A program made the translations under genes and the position numbers. A stretch of 64,000 nucleotides of DNA, taken from the NCBI RefSeq assembly GCF_000497125.1, contig NC_090603.1:868001-932000 (forward strand). Direction: 5' to 3'. The notes under the pieces were generated by a model. It saw only the letters and a program-made list of their open reading frames with translations. It did no database searches and was not told the origin of the DNA. Shown here in pieces: positions 1 to 13,070 of this stretch; position 1 is the first letter of the stretch; the number at the start of each line of letters is the position of its first letter. The stretch comes from Spironucleus salmonicida. Taxonomy: Eukaryota.

Positions 1-213
1 GCAAATGAAGTTAATGTGTGTAAAAAATAAAGTAGCATACTTGCTAGAATTGGTGTTCACAGTTCTATTCAAATGTTATAAAAATCAGGAATATCGTGTA
101 ATAATACTGTTCAAACTGCTATTGTGGTTTAAGATTTCAAAAATATGCTCAAGGCATTTTTAACATGGAGATGGAGACTAAGATAGATACGGAAATGGGA
201 AATGCATAGATGA
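1..213 (+). CDS. hypothetical protein, 3' end (5'-truncated)
   Basis: Open in table 6 from base 1 (ANEVNVCKKQSSILARIG...WEMHR) to TGA 211-213. Confidence 0.6.
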
Positions 214-270
214 CCAGATATTCATTTTATAGTTTTCATAATATAATATATATATCTAATTATTCTAAAA

Positions 271-2148
271 ATGTCTGACTAAGATTATGATAAAGACTTG
301 TCATCTGCACGTTTTGCTGTATAATCTGTAGTTATTAATGATATTTTAAAAGATAAGGAGCCAATATCAACTTAATGTAAAAATTATTTATATATCTCTT
401 CGAAAACTGCAAAACTAGTAATAAAACTGCAAATTGAGAATCTAGGAGAGGATAGATCTGCAAAATACGAAGAAATTATGTTAAATCATGAAATTTCTCA
501 ATTTATTACTACTGAAGATAATGTATATTATGTGTCTGGAGAAACAATTTATGATCTTTCTAACTAAATAAACCTAGAATTTGATTAAATCTTCTGTATT
601 GATACTATATAAATCGATGATACTAGAATAGTTGCTTTAGTGCAGAAGGATTATCACTATTATTGGCTAACAACAAATTTCGAAACAGTTAATGGTCCTG
701 TATTATCCAATTTCGATATTATTAAAACCGTGTCATATATTTATTAATTATGTTTAATTACATAAAAAGATGAATAGGTATATCTGTATTAAGTAAAGTA
801 ATTTGATTAGGTAGAGCTTATAGCGAGTATTGTATGTACTGGTATAATTATTGGCATAATAGATGAATATATATTTTTTAAACATACAGACACACTTGAA
901 AAAATAAATATTTTAACATAAGATTCAGAATAATTCGAAACAAATGTATTTTCTGTAGAAATATTGCCAACTTTTCCTCATAAGACTGCTCCTTAATATA
1001 TTATTTTAAATAATGAGGATATTGTTATCTTAGATTAGAATTTTAGAACACTATAGTTAATAAATAACAATAATTTCATTCCACCTACGAGTACTGGTAT
1101 GGATAAACTTGTGTGCTCCTCCCCATAATTAGATCCTGATTTATTTATTTTTATTAAAAATACTGCTCATAGTTTGAACATTCCAATTCTTAATTCTGAA
1201 AGACTTAAATAAATAGCAATTAACATTAAAGGATGCTAAGAACCATAATTTCTTAATTAAGAAGGTAATCACTAATTTAAGTAAAAAGATTATTATTATA
1301 TTATGATTACTTGTGGATATGAATCTAATGGTGCTAGTATTCATTTCTTTAGCGTAAATGCACTTTCACGAAATGATAAAATTGGATATTAGTATCCATG
1401 GTCATCTTTAGACTCTAGAGCTCCTGAAAATGTTAAATTTAGGTTCAGTGAGGTAGTAAAAGTTTAAGCAGTACAAAATTACCCAGAAGAATCTGAGTAA
1501 GTATTTTACTTAAATTTAGATACTTAATAAAAAATATAGTCAACAAATAGTAGTCCACCTCATATGAACTAGAAAATTTAACTACCAGCCAAAATAGTTG
1601 AACTTGAATAAAATCATTAAAATTAAAAAATATAATAGTAATTAACAATTTCGTCTCCTAGACTTCAACCATCCAACGTACCATAAATAGAATTTCATGA
1701 TAGGAAACCGTCAATTCGAATTTCTACTCCAACTTTCAACGCATTTGCATAGGTTTCAAATTAATTAATAGCTTAAACTGAACAAATTATACCATTAAAT
1801 GAAATTAATATTTAAAACTCTATAGAATTTTGTGTAGTATTTGACGAAACAATAAACAAAAATTAAGTAGAATTTGCAGCAGATCTGTTTTTAGAGAGAA
1901 CAAAAATCCCTTATTGTTACTACAAGCTGATTAATAGCGCAGGAAAATAACTTTGCACAGCCGCCGATATTACGAGATTTTAAGATGTAAAACGTCAGCT
2001 TTAAAACGAAAGTATCAACGAAACTGATGATGTTAAATTTTCTAGTGAGAAATGGTCAGTAGAAAGTTCTTTTGTTGGATTCGGCAAATGCGTGAAAAAA
2101 CTTGTTAACTTATCACAAATGGAAGAATTTGTAAAGAAATTAAAATGA
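271..2148 (+). CDS. hypothetical protein, 625 aa
   Basis: ATG 271 after an AT-rich spacer; frame read completely with TAA/TAG=Gln; first TGA at 2146. Confidence 0.8.
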
Positions 2149-2186
2149 TTTTTACTATTATATAAATATATATCGTAGTTTCCGAA

Positions 2187-2675
2187 ATGGAAGAACAAAA
2201 TTCCGTAAATTCTGTGCAAACAGTGTTGCACAATTCTGTAATTTAAACAAAGTTATAAGAGTAAAGTTAAATTTTAAGTTTAAATTTATATGATTTTAAT
2301 GAATTTTCAACTTTTTTAGAATAAATTCAAAATATGATAAAAGAAATAAGCATAATTGAGAATATTATTCTTAAATCTAATATAGAATAGGATAAATAAT
2401 TTATCGTTTAGTAATTTACAGAGAGAGCGTAGTTTGTTAATTAGTATAATTAACTTATTTAAGGTTTTTATTTAGGCTAAAAAGATATTATTGATCATAA
2501 ATTTGCACTACTATAAGGTAATACTAAATTATTGGAAGATTTTAATGATTCCTATTAAAAAAGGATTAGATGGATACTTTAGCGACATAAGTTGACTAAA
2601 AAGTTAATTATTTCTCTTAGTTTACTATCTGATAATTGTTAAACAATTTTTAACTAATTTATTATATAATAATGA
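2187..2675 (+). CDS. hypothetical protein, 162 aa
   Basis: MEEQNSVNSVQTVL... open to TGA 2673. Confidence 0.55.
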
Positions 2676-3005
2676 GTATAATTTCGTTCCACATAATGTT
2701 AAATATAATATTTACATTAATTGGTGTATGTGCCTTTATAATTATCTGTATCAGTCTAGTCTTGATTATATAATAAAACGTATATTCGTCAATCAATAGA
2801 AGTGCACTGTTATTTCCTCTAGTTTTATCTGTAGCTTATTTAGTATTCTATTACGCCTTAAACTATTAGAAACTTAAAATGAAGAAATCAGACTGATTAT
2901 TTTTGTTTTGGTTAATTAAATTAAGGAAATTATGTTACATTTTATAGTATAGATTTGTTAATTTATAATACTATTATACAGTATTAGAATTATTCTTAAT
3001 CATTA

Positions 3006-3395
3006 ATGGCGGATTGCATATTCTGTAAAATTCTCGACAACATTATTCCATCTAGAAAGATCTATGAAGATACAGATGTTATGGTCATAATGGATGCATT
3101 TCCAGCAGCTAATTATCATTTATTAATTATACCTAAAGATCACTGTATAAAGTTTTCAGAACTATCTGATGCTAAAGTATAGAAGCTAGCAATTATCACT
3201 AGAAATATGTGTTAAAAGTTAGAAAAGTTAGGAGTTGATAATTATAATATCTTGAATAATAATGGGGTGGTAGCAGGTCAAGTTGTCCATCATGTGCACA
3301 TTCATATAATCCCAAAATTTGAAAACTAAGGTGTTTCTTGCACTTTCGCAAAACCATCTGTAGATTTAGATGCAATATTTTTAGACCTTAAGTGA
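3006..3395 (+). CDS. HIT-family (HINT-like) nucleotide hydrolase, 129 aa
   Basis: DCIFCKI N-terminus, DAFP..HLLIIPK, NNG..AGQVVHHVHIHIIP histidine triad; ends AAG TGA. Confidence 0.95.
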
Positions 3396-3403
3396 TCCAA
3401 TTT

Positions 3404-5017
3404 TCACTCAAACAAATCCAATTCAATCTCATCTAACATTTGTTAAATAGAATCAATTTCCTCTTTCTACTTATCAACTTTTTTAATTTCTTGTCTGCTT
3501 AATTTTTACATAACTTTGTTTAGAACCTCTTCCTTCTAATCTTCTACTATTTTTTTCTTTGGTAAACTAAACCGTTTAGGTGGTTCTACTTCGATTTTCT
3601 CCTGAAATTTTTTGAGGCGCTCGTCTCGCTCTTAAAGTAGAAGTGTTTTCCGGTCAATAATACTAGACTTTTACTATGCCTATTTCCTATCATATTCTTT
3701 TTATCGTTCTAATGCTTTTATTCTCGCAATTTCAATTTCTTAATGTTTAACTCTATTTTAGTATTACTAATCAATAGTCTACTCTAAATTTAATTATTCT
3801 TATAATATCAAACCTGCTTGAATTCTACCTTGCATTGGCTCCGGCATGTCCTAATCATCAAACTAGGGAATTAGTGATTCTAACTATGGAATTAATGTAC
3901 TTTTTGGGGATTCTATCCTAATTGGGGATTAAAAAATTTAATTATTCATTTAATCTGTTAATTATGTTACTCTTTCCTTAAATTTGTCCTATTTTTTAAA
4001 GGCTTAAGTTTGCTTTACTGGAACCCGAGATTTAATTTAATTTAATTTTTTAATTTTGTCATTTTTAATACCACTTAATTCTATTGATTTTTCAAGCTAT
4101 TTGTTAGCAGTTTATTTATTTTTTACATTATTTTCGCTCAACTTCAAAAGTTCAAGTGTACCAATCTCACATTAACTGTTTAATAATAAGTTTATTTAGT
4201 TAAATATACTAGTTTCAGATAAAATATCAGATTTTAAATCAGTTTTGTTTGTGTCATACCAATTTTATTAATCTGTTTAAATTTAGTTTTAAAAATCTAT
4301 GTCATTCTGACAGACCTCAGTCCTTTTCAGTTTTAATACTTCTTCAAAGCAAACATTTGAAATAATATTTTGCAGATTTTAAATCATTCCAGAACATAAT
4401 GTCTCTAGCGCCTAATTTGCTTCGCATTAAACTTGTAAATCCTCAAGAATTTATAGACGTTGTGAATAAGTAAGATTTTCCTTAATTGCATTTTTTTACA
4501 CCAATGAATATTCTTTTAAAGCTTTTAATTCAGCTAGTTTCATTGAAATTTTAGCTTAGATTTATTCTAACTTCGTTTATTTTTCAGCAATTTGGTCTGA
4601 TAAGTCATCAAAATTTTTGGGGGTTTATGGAGTGTTTTTTAATATCTATTCATTAATTTAGTTAAGATCTTGCAGACTATTTTCAATTTAACGATCAATC
4701 TACTAACTTCGTACACTAAGAATCTTATTTTGTAATTAATCATTTTAAAGATTTGGATTTTTTGATGTTTTAGATGTTCTAAAAGATAAAATACGTTGAT
4801 ATAATTTATTATCTACCTTATAAATACCATTTGGGGCTATTATATCTGAATTATAATAATATTCAACAGACTATCTACTATCCTTCTAATTCAAAATAGC
4901 TGCACAATCCTATCTAATTTATAACTGTTCTGCATTTAATTCTAATGGTGATTTTGTATTTTTCAAAGAAGCTACTTAAAAATTAAGAATTCGAGGCTTC
5001 AAATTTTGAATATCCAT
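3404..5017 (-). CDS. coiled-coil hypothetical protein, 537 aa
   Basis: MDIQNLKPRIL...; C-terminus QMLDEIELDLFE ending GAG TGA in the same frame; Q/E/K-rich; interior spot-checked. Confidence 0.75.
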
Positions 5018-5080
5018 TTACAATTTTATAAGTAATTGGTATAATAATACTATTATATTCATTTCCTCCCACTCCTTTAT

Positions 5081-6016
5081 ATGGCAGACATTGTTTTATC
5101 TCGTATGCACAAGGCTCACATGCCAGAAAAGGGCCAAATTACTACAGCACGTTTATTTTCAGTTGAAGGAACAGTAACATACGTCAAATTACTAGAATAT
5201 AATGACGACTAATACCTAATTCCATATACCAATTTAGGAATCACAATACGTAAGGATGAAACGATAATGGGTAAATTCAAATAGGCTTATGGCACATAAT
5301 TCCCAGTCCACATCGTCAATGTTGACCTTATTTAAAATTTTATTGATATTGATATGTCTGTTTCTGAAGATCAAGCAATCGCAGCCAAAGCCAGTTATAT
5401 AATTTTGAAATAAATCAATGAATTCGTCCGCTAGCTTGCTGGTTCATTCAAAATTTCAAAACTTTCAATGGAAACCATATATGCATGGATTATTTGGGAA
5501 CTTTAGGATCCAATTTCAACCCTTTAGACAACAATTGACGACGATGCTTTCATTTCTATTTTATAACCACTCATATCTAATTTCTACTCTTCTATAGATA
5601 CGCGTGCATCAAGTGACCAGTATTTCAGAGACTCTGTTCCCCAACAAGCATTTATTGATTAGTTTAGGGGAATATAGAAAAACCGTTTTGAACTTAAATC
5701 GCGCAGGATGTTCGTTGAACTAAAATTAGTATCTAAATGGTCGATTCTTGGTATTGAGGCAATTAAACAAGCACTTTCAGCTGGTGAAGAAGCCGCAAAA
5801 TAAATTTTCACTCCAAATTTAGTTCAAAAAGAGCAATAAATTTAAGTTACAGTTTTAACATCGCCAAACTACGTCGCTGAGTTGTACATCTGCAAAAAAG
5901 ATGCTGGAAAGGAAATACTTGAAAAGTTTTTGGAAGTAGTAGAAAAAGAACTGAAAAAAAGTAATGCTGACTTTGAATGCAAAGGTGGTGTCAAGGAAGG
6001 GCGCGAAATCAAGTGA
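5081..6016 (+). CDS. EIF2S1: translation initiation factor eIF2-alpha, 311 aa
   Basis: S1 domain YVKLLEYN...VNVD...FIDI; C-domain GIEAIKQALSAG and VLTSPNYV; ends AAG TGA. Confidence 0.88.
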
Positions 6017-6028
6017 TGGTATAACTAT

Positions 6029-7111
6029 TCATTTTATAGAAATTGTGTGACGAATGCTTTCGTTAAGGAGTGCATAATAAAATGATAGATCCCCGCATAA
6101 ACCAGTAAAACGCTTTTCATTGATAGCTTTAGTATCATAGCTAGCAATTGCTAGATCTGAGAGGTTAATTTTTAGGTTAAGATCATTAATAAAAGTTTAA
6201 TAAAATGAAAAGTATTAAGTGACATATTTAAAATTATGATTTTCTGGATCATCAAGGCTATTTACTGAGGCAATCCAGCAAAGTACGCCAAAATTAATAG
6301 CATGAAATGGAAAATTAGTAATTATTAAACATCCTTTATTTAGAGATGTTAATATTACTTCACCAATATCAAATGATCCTGATATTATATATTTTTCATT
6401 TATTTTTATGTTATTGACAATCTCTGTAAATGCAGAAGGTATGATAAATCGAATTGTCAGTGAAATAGATGCACTTGCTACAAAAAGATGCAATAAAAGG
6501 TCAGCTTAAATAGAAAACAATGAGAATTATAAGCATTCATCTAAGGACTATGAAAGTGACTAGAACATAGAAAATATTGCAGGAGCTAAGGTTGCTGATC
6601 CTAGCTATTGTGTTATCTTGTTATCTAAAATTAATTCATATAACTATGAATCGACGAAATTGAGAATTGAATGAAATGCATAGTTTAGTATTTATTTCTC
6701 TTAACCTTGAAAGTTTATAGAATTTAATATATAATTTACTGAACACTATAACAACTATTAATAATCATAGAAAACTAATGATGCATTTAAAGGGCTAGTA
6801 GATAGAAACTACTCTTTGGTAAATATATAATATAAAGGTTAAAGCGCTAATGAATACCCTTGTATATATTAGAAATCATCTATCAATTGTACTATATCAA
6901 TTAAATATTACTTAAAGTGATATTAATGTGATTTAACTACTTTTTCATTATCAAAAAATAACCATAATGAGCGTGCTGAATCTACATCTATAATATTTAG
7001 AGTTTTATCATCTATTAAATTAGTCTTTTCAGTGAGTATCTATTTTCTCCCTAACTTCTAAATATAATAATTTCGTCGTTCTTCTCTGTTACGAGGTTAA
7101 AATGTGAACAT
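6029..7111 (-). CDS. TBC-domain Rab GTPase-activating protein, 360 aa
   Basis: Arg finger IIDVDSARSL (IxxDxxR) and Gln finger YIQGYS (YxQG); contains the track ORF 6215-6493 in frame. Confidence 0.8.
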
Positions 7112-7213
7112 TCTTAATAAGCCAATGATTAAATTATATAATATTACATAATTGACTAAATAAATTTAAAATTATTTAAATTATATTATATTATTATTAT
7201 TTTAAATTATTTA

Positions 7214-7519
7214 ATGGGCTGCGGAGCGCCAAAGTAGTAATATTCAGATTCCACTGAAAATAAAGAATAATAAGAATTATTTACAATTACTAATTACTAA
7301 CTTAGCAATAATGATAAAACTATAAAAGCTCCACTATCTTAGCGTGGATTTATTGAAGAAGAAATTGATACAGCTAGATAGATAGATGTAGATGATGTTC
7401 CTCTAAATTGCAGAGATGTAGAAAATAATATTACAAAAAAACTAGATTAATTTGATGAAATTAAGCCAAAAAATATTGTAGAGGCTAACGAAGATGAATA
7501 ATCTATTGAATGGGAGTGA
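7214..7519 (+). CDS. small acidic protein with N-terminal dual-acylation motif (MGCG), 101 aa
   Basis: MGCGAPKQQ...; ends GAG TGA. Confidence 0.75.
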
Positions 7520-7544
7520 ATACATATAATAATATTTAAATCAT

Positions 7545-8162
7545 TCAACAACATGATTTTTTACTATCAGGTTTGTCCATAGTTGGCTAAATAACCAACT
7601 CTTTCTTTTTAGGAGCAAGTGATTGGCCTTATGTTTTCAAAATTTCGATAGCTAAATCTGAAAACGCTTATTCAACGTTATCTCCAGTCAATGATGATGT
7701 TTCAATGAATTTAATATTAAGCTTACTAGCTAAATTCTAACCTTCTTCTACAGAGACCTAACGACCTTCTTTATCAATTTTTGTTCCAACAAGTAGTTTA
7801 GTTACATCAGCACCTGCATGAACGTTGACTTCACGCATCCACATTTCAACAGATTCAAAAGAGTCTCTATTAGTAACATCATAAACCATCATTATTCCAT
7901 GAGAACCTCTATAATAAGTTTAAGTAATAGTACGAAACTTTTCTTATCCTGCAGTATCCCAAATTTGCAGTTTAACATTTGAAGCTTATTCAGTAGATGG
8001 ATAAGGTACAGAAACAGAGCGTATTTTGAAGTCAACGCCAATAGTAGTAATGTATGTATTATTAAATAACCTATCACAAAACCTTAATAGCATTGAAGAC
8101 TTACCTACAGATGAGTCTCCAATCAGTAACATCTTAAATAAATAGTCGTGTTCTCCTGACAT
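7545..8162 (-). CDS. RAB1: Rab1 small GTPase, 205 aa
   Basis: [33 protein letters not shown] (Q = TAA at 7944-7946), YYRGSHG, C-terminal KKSCC prenylation motif. Confidence 0.95.
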
Positions 8163-8325
8163 TTAAATTACTGGATTTATTGAATGATTATAATATTATA
8201 TTTGATATAATTATTTATATATGTAAAAGTTTATTTAACTGTAATATAAATAATATTACCTTCCAGATTTGTTTATACTACCCAAATAATAAATATAAAA
8301 TAAATCTTTAAAATTAAGAAAATGC

Positions 8326-9789
8326 TCAGGCGTTAATAAAGTTCATTATTACTGCGTATAACGTAAACCCAAATCCTATGAAGAATACTACCATAATAGT
8401 AATAATTAGCGGGTCATAATCACAAAAACCGGAGAATGGTGTCTTTTTCGTACCAAATTTCTCTTAACATTATTTGCGAGCTTTGATGAGGCAAAATGCA
8501 GGTGCGAGCAGGATAACGAAACCAAAAAGACCAGTTAAATCTATAATTGAGCCAATACAGCGGAAGAATCCCGATAAAACTCCAGCGGGAATGATACTAA
8601 GAAGTCTGATTAAGATACTGAACCATTTTTTATCTTACATTTTAGGAGCCAATAGTAAAATATTATTAGTAATAGAAATACCATTAAGAGGAATAGCACC
8701 TAAAACATAGATGGGAGGAAGTAGTCTAATTATATAAGCAATAGCAGCAGCCCACGCTGGCTGGCTAGATGCATTCCAAGATTTTCCGTCCCATTTAATT
8801 AAGTTAAGAGTGATGAGCTAAGCACCATCCGTGCCGAAATAGAGAGCAGAAGGATAAGCAACGAATGCCATGATAACATATATTATACCGAAGGAACCAG
8901 TGAATGCGTGGTTTAAAAACTTCTATTGGGATAGTTCAGTGGGTCTTAACACTTCTGGTATGCAGTAATGTAAAATTACTGCAAATATTGATGAAGAAAC
9001 AACGGAACCAAAGCTAATAAAGGTAAAAGCAAATATTGGAGTATCTTTAACATAAGGATAACTTGTTGCAACTGTACCGACATCAAATGGCGAAACGAAG
9101 ATAGCTACAAAAGCTACTAAAGCCATTCCACCAACGGCAACAAATCTACAGATTGTGAAAATACTTTGTAATATCTTTTAGTTAGATATATCAACAAATA
9201 CTAAAATGCTGGAATAAATAACAGCAACATAATTCCAGACAAAATATGCTACATTGCATTAAGAAGGATACCCACCCTTGTCACAAGGATCTCCACAATG
9301 CCATTTAGGACCAAATGGTATCACAGATGATAAAGATTATGCCACAACTGAGGTATATCCCCACACAATACCAAATACATATAAAATGACAGCAATCTGA
9401 TAAACGAAAAACCCAGCTTAACCATAATAAACACCACATAACTCACAAACTTCAAAAGTATGGTCGTTAGGTAAAGAATAGTCAGCATTATCAGTTAATA
9501 AATCGTTAGATTTTTATTAAGCATCCCCCTCAGGATAGATAACCATATCATCTTCTTTTTATTAATATTTCTCAACATTTCCCTCCAACCTTTTAAGTGC
9601 AAAAGTTCTTGACAGCGCATCTAACGTGTATCTACCTAACAAATAACCGAAGAAGGTAATAACAGTTATAACAATAAAAGACACGATGATAGACGCTTTG
9701 GCAACAGTTTTTGGAAGATTTAACACACCAGTACCAATGGCATAATTAATCATCAAAGATGCTGCAGAATAAGCCTTGTACGTTGACAT
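8326..9789 (-). CDS. amino-acid transporter (AAAP/Aa_trans, TMEM104-like), paralogue 1, AT-rich, 487 aa
   Basis: NYAIGTGVLNLPK TM1 motif and many TM segments; collinear with the copies at 30311, 32256 and 42992. Confidence 0.92.
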
Positions 9790-10076
9790 TAGTAGAAAGG
9801 AAATAATTCAGCGTTGTATAAACTCACAAAATGATATTGATTATCACTTTAATATTAATTAATTATTTTTTACAGATTTATAATAATACTTAATAAAATT
9901 GCTGAATAATTATATGTTATTTTGTCAAATCACAAATGTTACTATCATTATTACATTACATTATATTTATATTATTATTAACTATAATCAACCACTCAGA
10001 ATAATTTTGAATTATAATATATACTTTAAATAATTCTGATAATATAAAAGATAAAATATTATAAATCATAAGTAAA

Positions 10077-11255
10077 TCATTTTTCTAATAACCTTTACAT
10101 CTCCAAATACTTTTTATGCCTCATTTATTCACTTTCTTGTTTAATTTTCTTTAAATATGTACTATGACTAAGACTTTTTTATCTTTATATAGTTACTACT
10201 GGTTGCGATTATCTGATATGTAATGGTGAGTATATTGTTTTCTAAACCTTAGAAATTTCTTATTTTGCTTGACTTACACCTAAACTATTTAATACAGCAG
10301 AACGCAAAGGGTTGAAACTACTCTACATTATTTAAGGGTTACTATTTAGTTAAGTACTATGTATAACTGGCTACTAAATCTCAAAATTTGTGTTAACTTA
10401 ATTTGACCGAACTACACTTTAAAATAAATTATCCTCCATATTATCTTGGATTAAACAATCTGAAAATGTTTATTAAATAGGTTGCAACTCATCTTCGAAA
10501 TCTTCTAATGTAAGCTCATCTGGATTAGTTCGCGATTTAGTTTGTGCAGATTTTGACTAAAAGAAAGAACCAGTTTAACATATGGTCCTCTGCGAATTTT
10601 TAGTTACTGGAACTTCAAAATTACAGGATGGTCGCATTTTTTAATCAAAAGCAGGTGGCGTTGGTGGTGATTCATTTCCATACATTTCATCAGAATCTGG
10701 CTGTGTTTTTGTTTGTGTTAAACTGGTATAGTCTATATCATCTAAATTTTGTTAATAAACACCTTCTTCCTTAATGGAACATGTTTCTTTAAAGAAGTCT
10801 AATTCCTCCAAAGATGGTCTAAGGTCTTCTACGGATTCAACTTAATTTTAGGAATAAGTTGATTCAGTATGAGCCATATAACTTTATACATTAGTTGTTG
10901 AAATTACTGATTATTTAAGCTCATCATCAATTTGAAATTATACTTTTGGCGTTTTTATTACAGATTACTACATAATTTAATTATTTTAAAATTATACTAC
11001 TCTATTTTACTGTTATTATAGCTAGCAATTCTCATATTCTTTTAAAGCTTGAATTCCTCCTTATAAGTATATCATTTCTTTCTTATAATTATTAACAAGT
11101 TATTAAACTTGCTTATTATTTTCTGGCTTCGAAATTTAGGCAGTACATATTGTTGATTACTGGATATCTCCATCTTATTCATATAGTTACTTATTAGTAA
11201 CCAAATTCAAATAATATGGATCATTCCTTAGAGTGTCTCGTGGTTTATTATACAT
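10077..11255 (-). CDS. hypothetical protein, 392 aa
   Basis: MYNKPRDTLRNDPYY...; in-frame TGA at 10077; basic C-terminus. Confidence 0.7.
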
Positions 11256-11368
11256 TCTGGAATTTGAAAATATAATATATGAAATATAATAATATTTTAT
11301 ACATCATTGGTAATATTAAAATTTATATTGTTATATACTATAACTATAAATTAATCCCTGTAAGTAAA

Positions 11369-11698
11369 ATGTAAAAATCATAAATCAAGTTTTGCAACCC
11401 TTCAGATTTATTGAAGCTCTAAAATGCCATCATAATTGATGTGAGAAATTATGATTATAATGAAGGCGGTCATTTTGAAAAGGCTATCAACATCCCAATT
11501 GAGGACATTACTTCTGAGCAATCTATCGAAAAGCTATCTTCTTACTCAACTATTGCTGTATATTGTATGTATTCTTAATAAAGAGGTCCTGCTGCAGCTA
11601 TTGATTTGATGCAAATATTCCCTGATAAAAAAATCGTTGTTTGCTGTGGCGGATTTTGTGCTGTGAGACAAGCATTTAAAGACATGATTTTAGAGTGA
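11369..11698 (+). CDS. Cdc25-like/ACR2-type rhodanese-fold phosphatase or arsenate reductase, 109 aa
   Basis: IIIDVR, GGHFEKAINIP, CX5R loop YCMYSQQRGP (QQ = TAA TAA), GGF; ends GAG TGA. Confidence 0.88.
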
Positions 11699-11700
11699 GC

Positions 11701-12156
11701 TCATTGAACCTTACCTTTTGGCTTTCTTAAAAACTACATTATTGCTGGACTACATGAACATTTTTCTTAAGGTGCTTAAGGTCGCCCTCCTAATATCATA
11801 TTAGATAGAATATCATTAAGTTAAAGCTTTTACGGCGCTGTATAAAGTGGAAATTGAGGTGATATATCAATCAAAACATCTGACTCGGTTAATTCTGGGG
11901 CTTCAATTCCAAAACGAATAGTACTGGCATTAAATACTGAAGGATGTAGTTTAGTAGATCGACGTTAGTTATAGTTATAGATTTTTTATCGTTCTATTGC
12001 TTCATTTTAGTTTATTTTCTAGATATCCCGTTTTTTGTTAAGAGACACTTAAAATGGAGATAAATTCTTTGGGGTATATTGTGTGACTATTGCAGATCTT
12101 CTATAAATAGACAGAGGATAACGTTGTTTGTAAACTGACGGATTAGTTTTTTACAT
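11701..12156 (-). CDS. hypothetical protein, 151 aa
   Basis: MQKTNPSVYKQRYPLS...KPKGKVQ; stop is 2 bp from the convergent neighbour. Confidence 0.65.
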
Positions 12157-12249
12157 TTAAGTTAATATTCCATAGTTTAGGATATTATATAATAAATTAG
12201 TATATAAGAATAAGTAATTTAAATAATAATAATAATATATAGACTCCTT

Positions 12250-12444
12250 TCACTCTATTTTGGGTAAGTATAAAGTAAATCTATTACTTAAATATGGTTC
12301 TAAATTTTAAACTTCATCTAACCTGCCTGACATAATAAGTTGCTAAATTCTTTCTTAAGTATAATATAATAGCAACAAAACTAAGATATAAAGGTAGAAA
12401 AATAAGAATATACCAATAGAAATTAAAAGTTTAGTATTCTTCAT
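12250..12444 (-). CDS. single-pass membrane microprotein, 64 aa
   Basis: MKNTKLLISIGIFLFFYLYILVLLLLYY...LPKIE; ends GAG TGA. Confidence 0.6.
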
Positions 12445-12485
12445 TTTATAATATATAAAATTATGCATATAATAGTATTTACCAA

Positions 12486-13046
12486 ATGGATACAAAATAA
12501 CTAGCCAGAGAATTGTTGTTCAATGGATCAATTATATCAGATAATTTAAGCAGTGACGTGATAAAAGACGTAAGAGAATATCTAGCTCCATTTGACCTAT
12601 AGTTAACAAATCAATAAAAATATCTTCTTGCATATTCGTTTACTCCAGCACTTTAGCAACAATTACCTATGTCCTCTTTAAAATTCCTTAAAAGCGTCAT
12701 ATAAATGGCACCAAATTGTGCAGTCTTAGAAGCAGAAATCGAAGAACCATTAAAAGTTTAACTATTACGACTAAAATATGGTGAGATAGTTAAATTTGGT
12801 AAAAATTTCCCTTTATAAGGGAATTTAATATAAAAATTTAAAAATAAAAATACATTTATATTTAATAAGCGTCTTTTCTTAGAGACATAAACTGGAATTA
12901 TCTGCTAAGGATGCGATGATTTAGGTGGTTTTATGGTGAGCTGTAGTTGTGGGAAGATATATCACTTAGAATGTGCACAAATCATAGAAAAATGTTGTGA
13001 TGAATCATCTTGGGATGGAATTACATAAATATTATATGATTAGTGA
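12486..13046 (+). CDS. protein with C-terminal RING-like zinc finger, Nse1-like candidate, 186 aa
   Basis: CQGC...SCSCGKIYHLEC...CCDESSW; ends TAG TGA. Confidence 0.7.
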
Positions 13047-13070
13047 TATATTTCTATCTTTCCTATTGAA

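Noticed and set aside
2676-3005. Possible small minus-strand ORF upstream of the HIT gene
   Set aside because: No convincing start/stop context or motif
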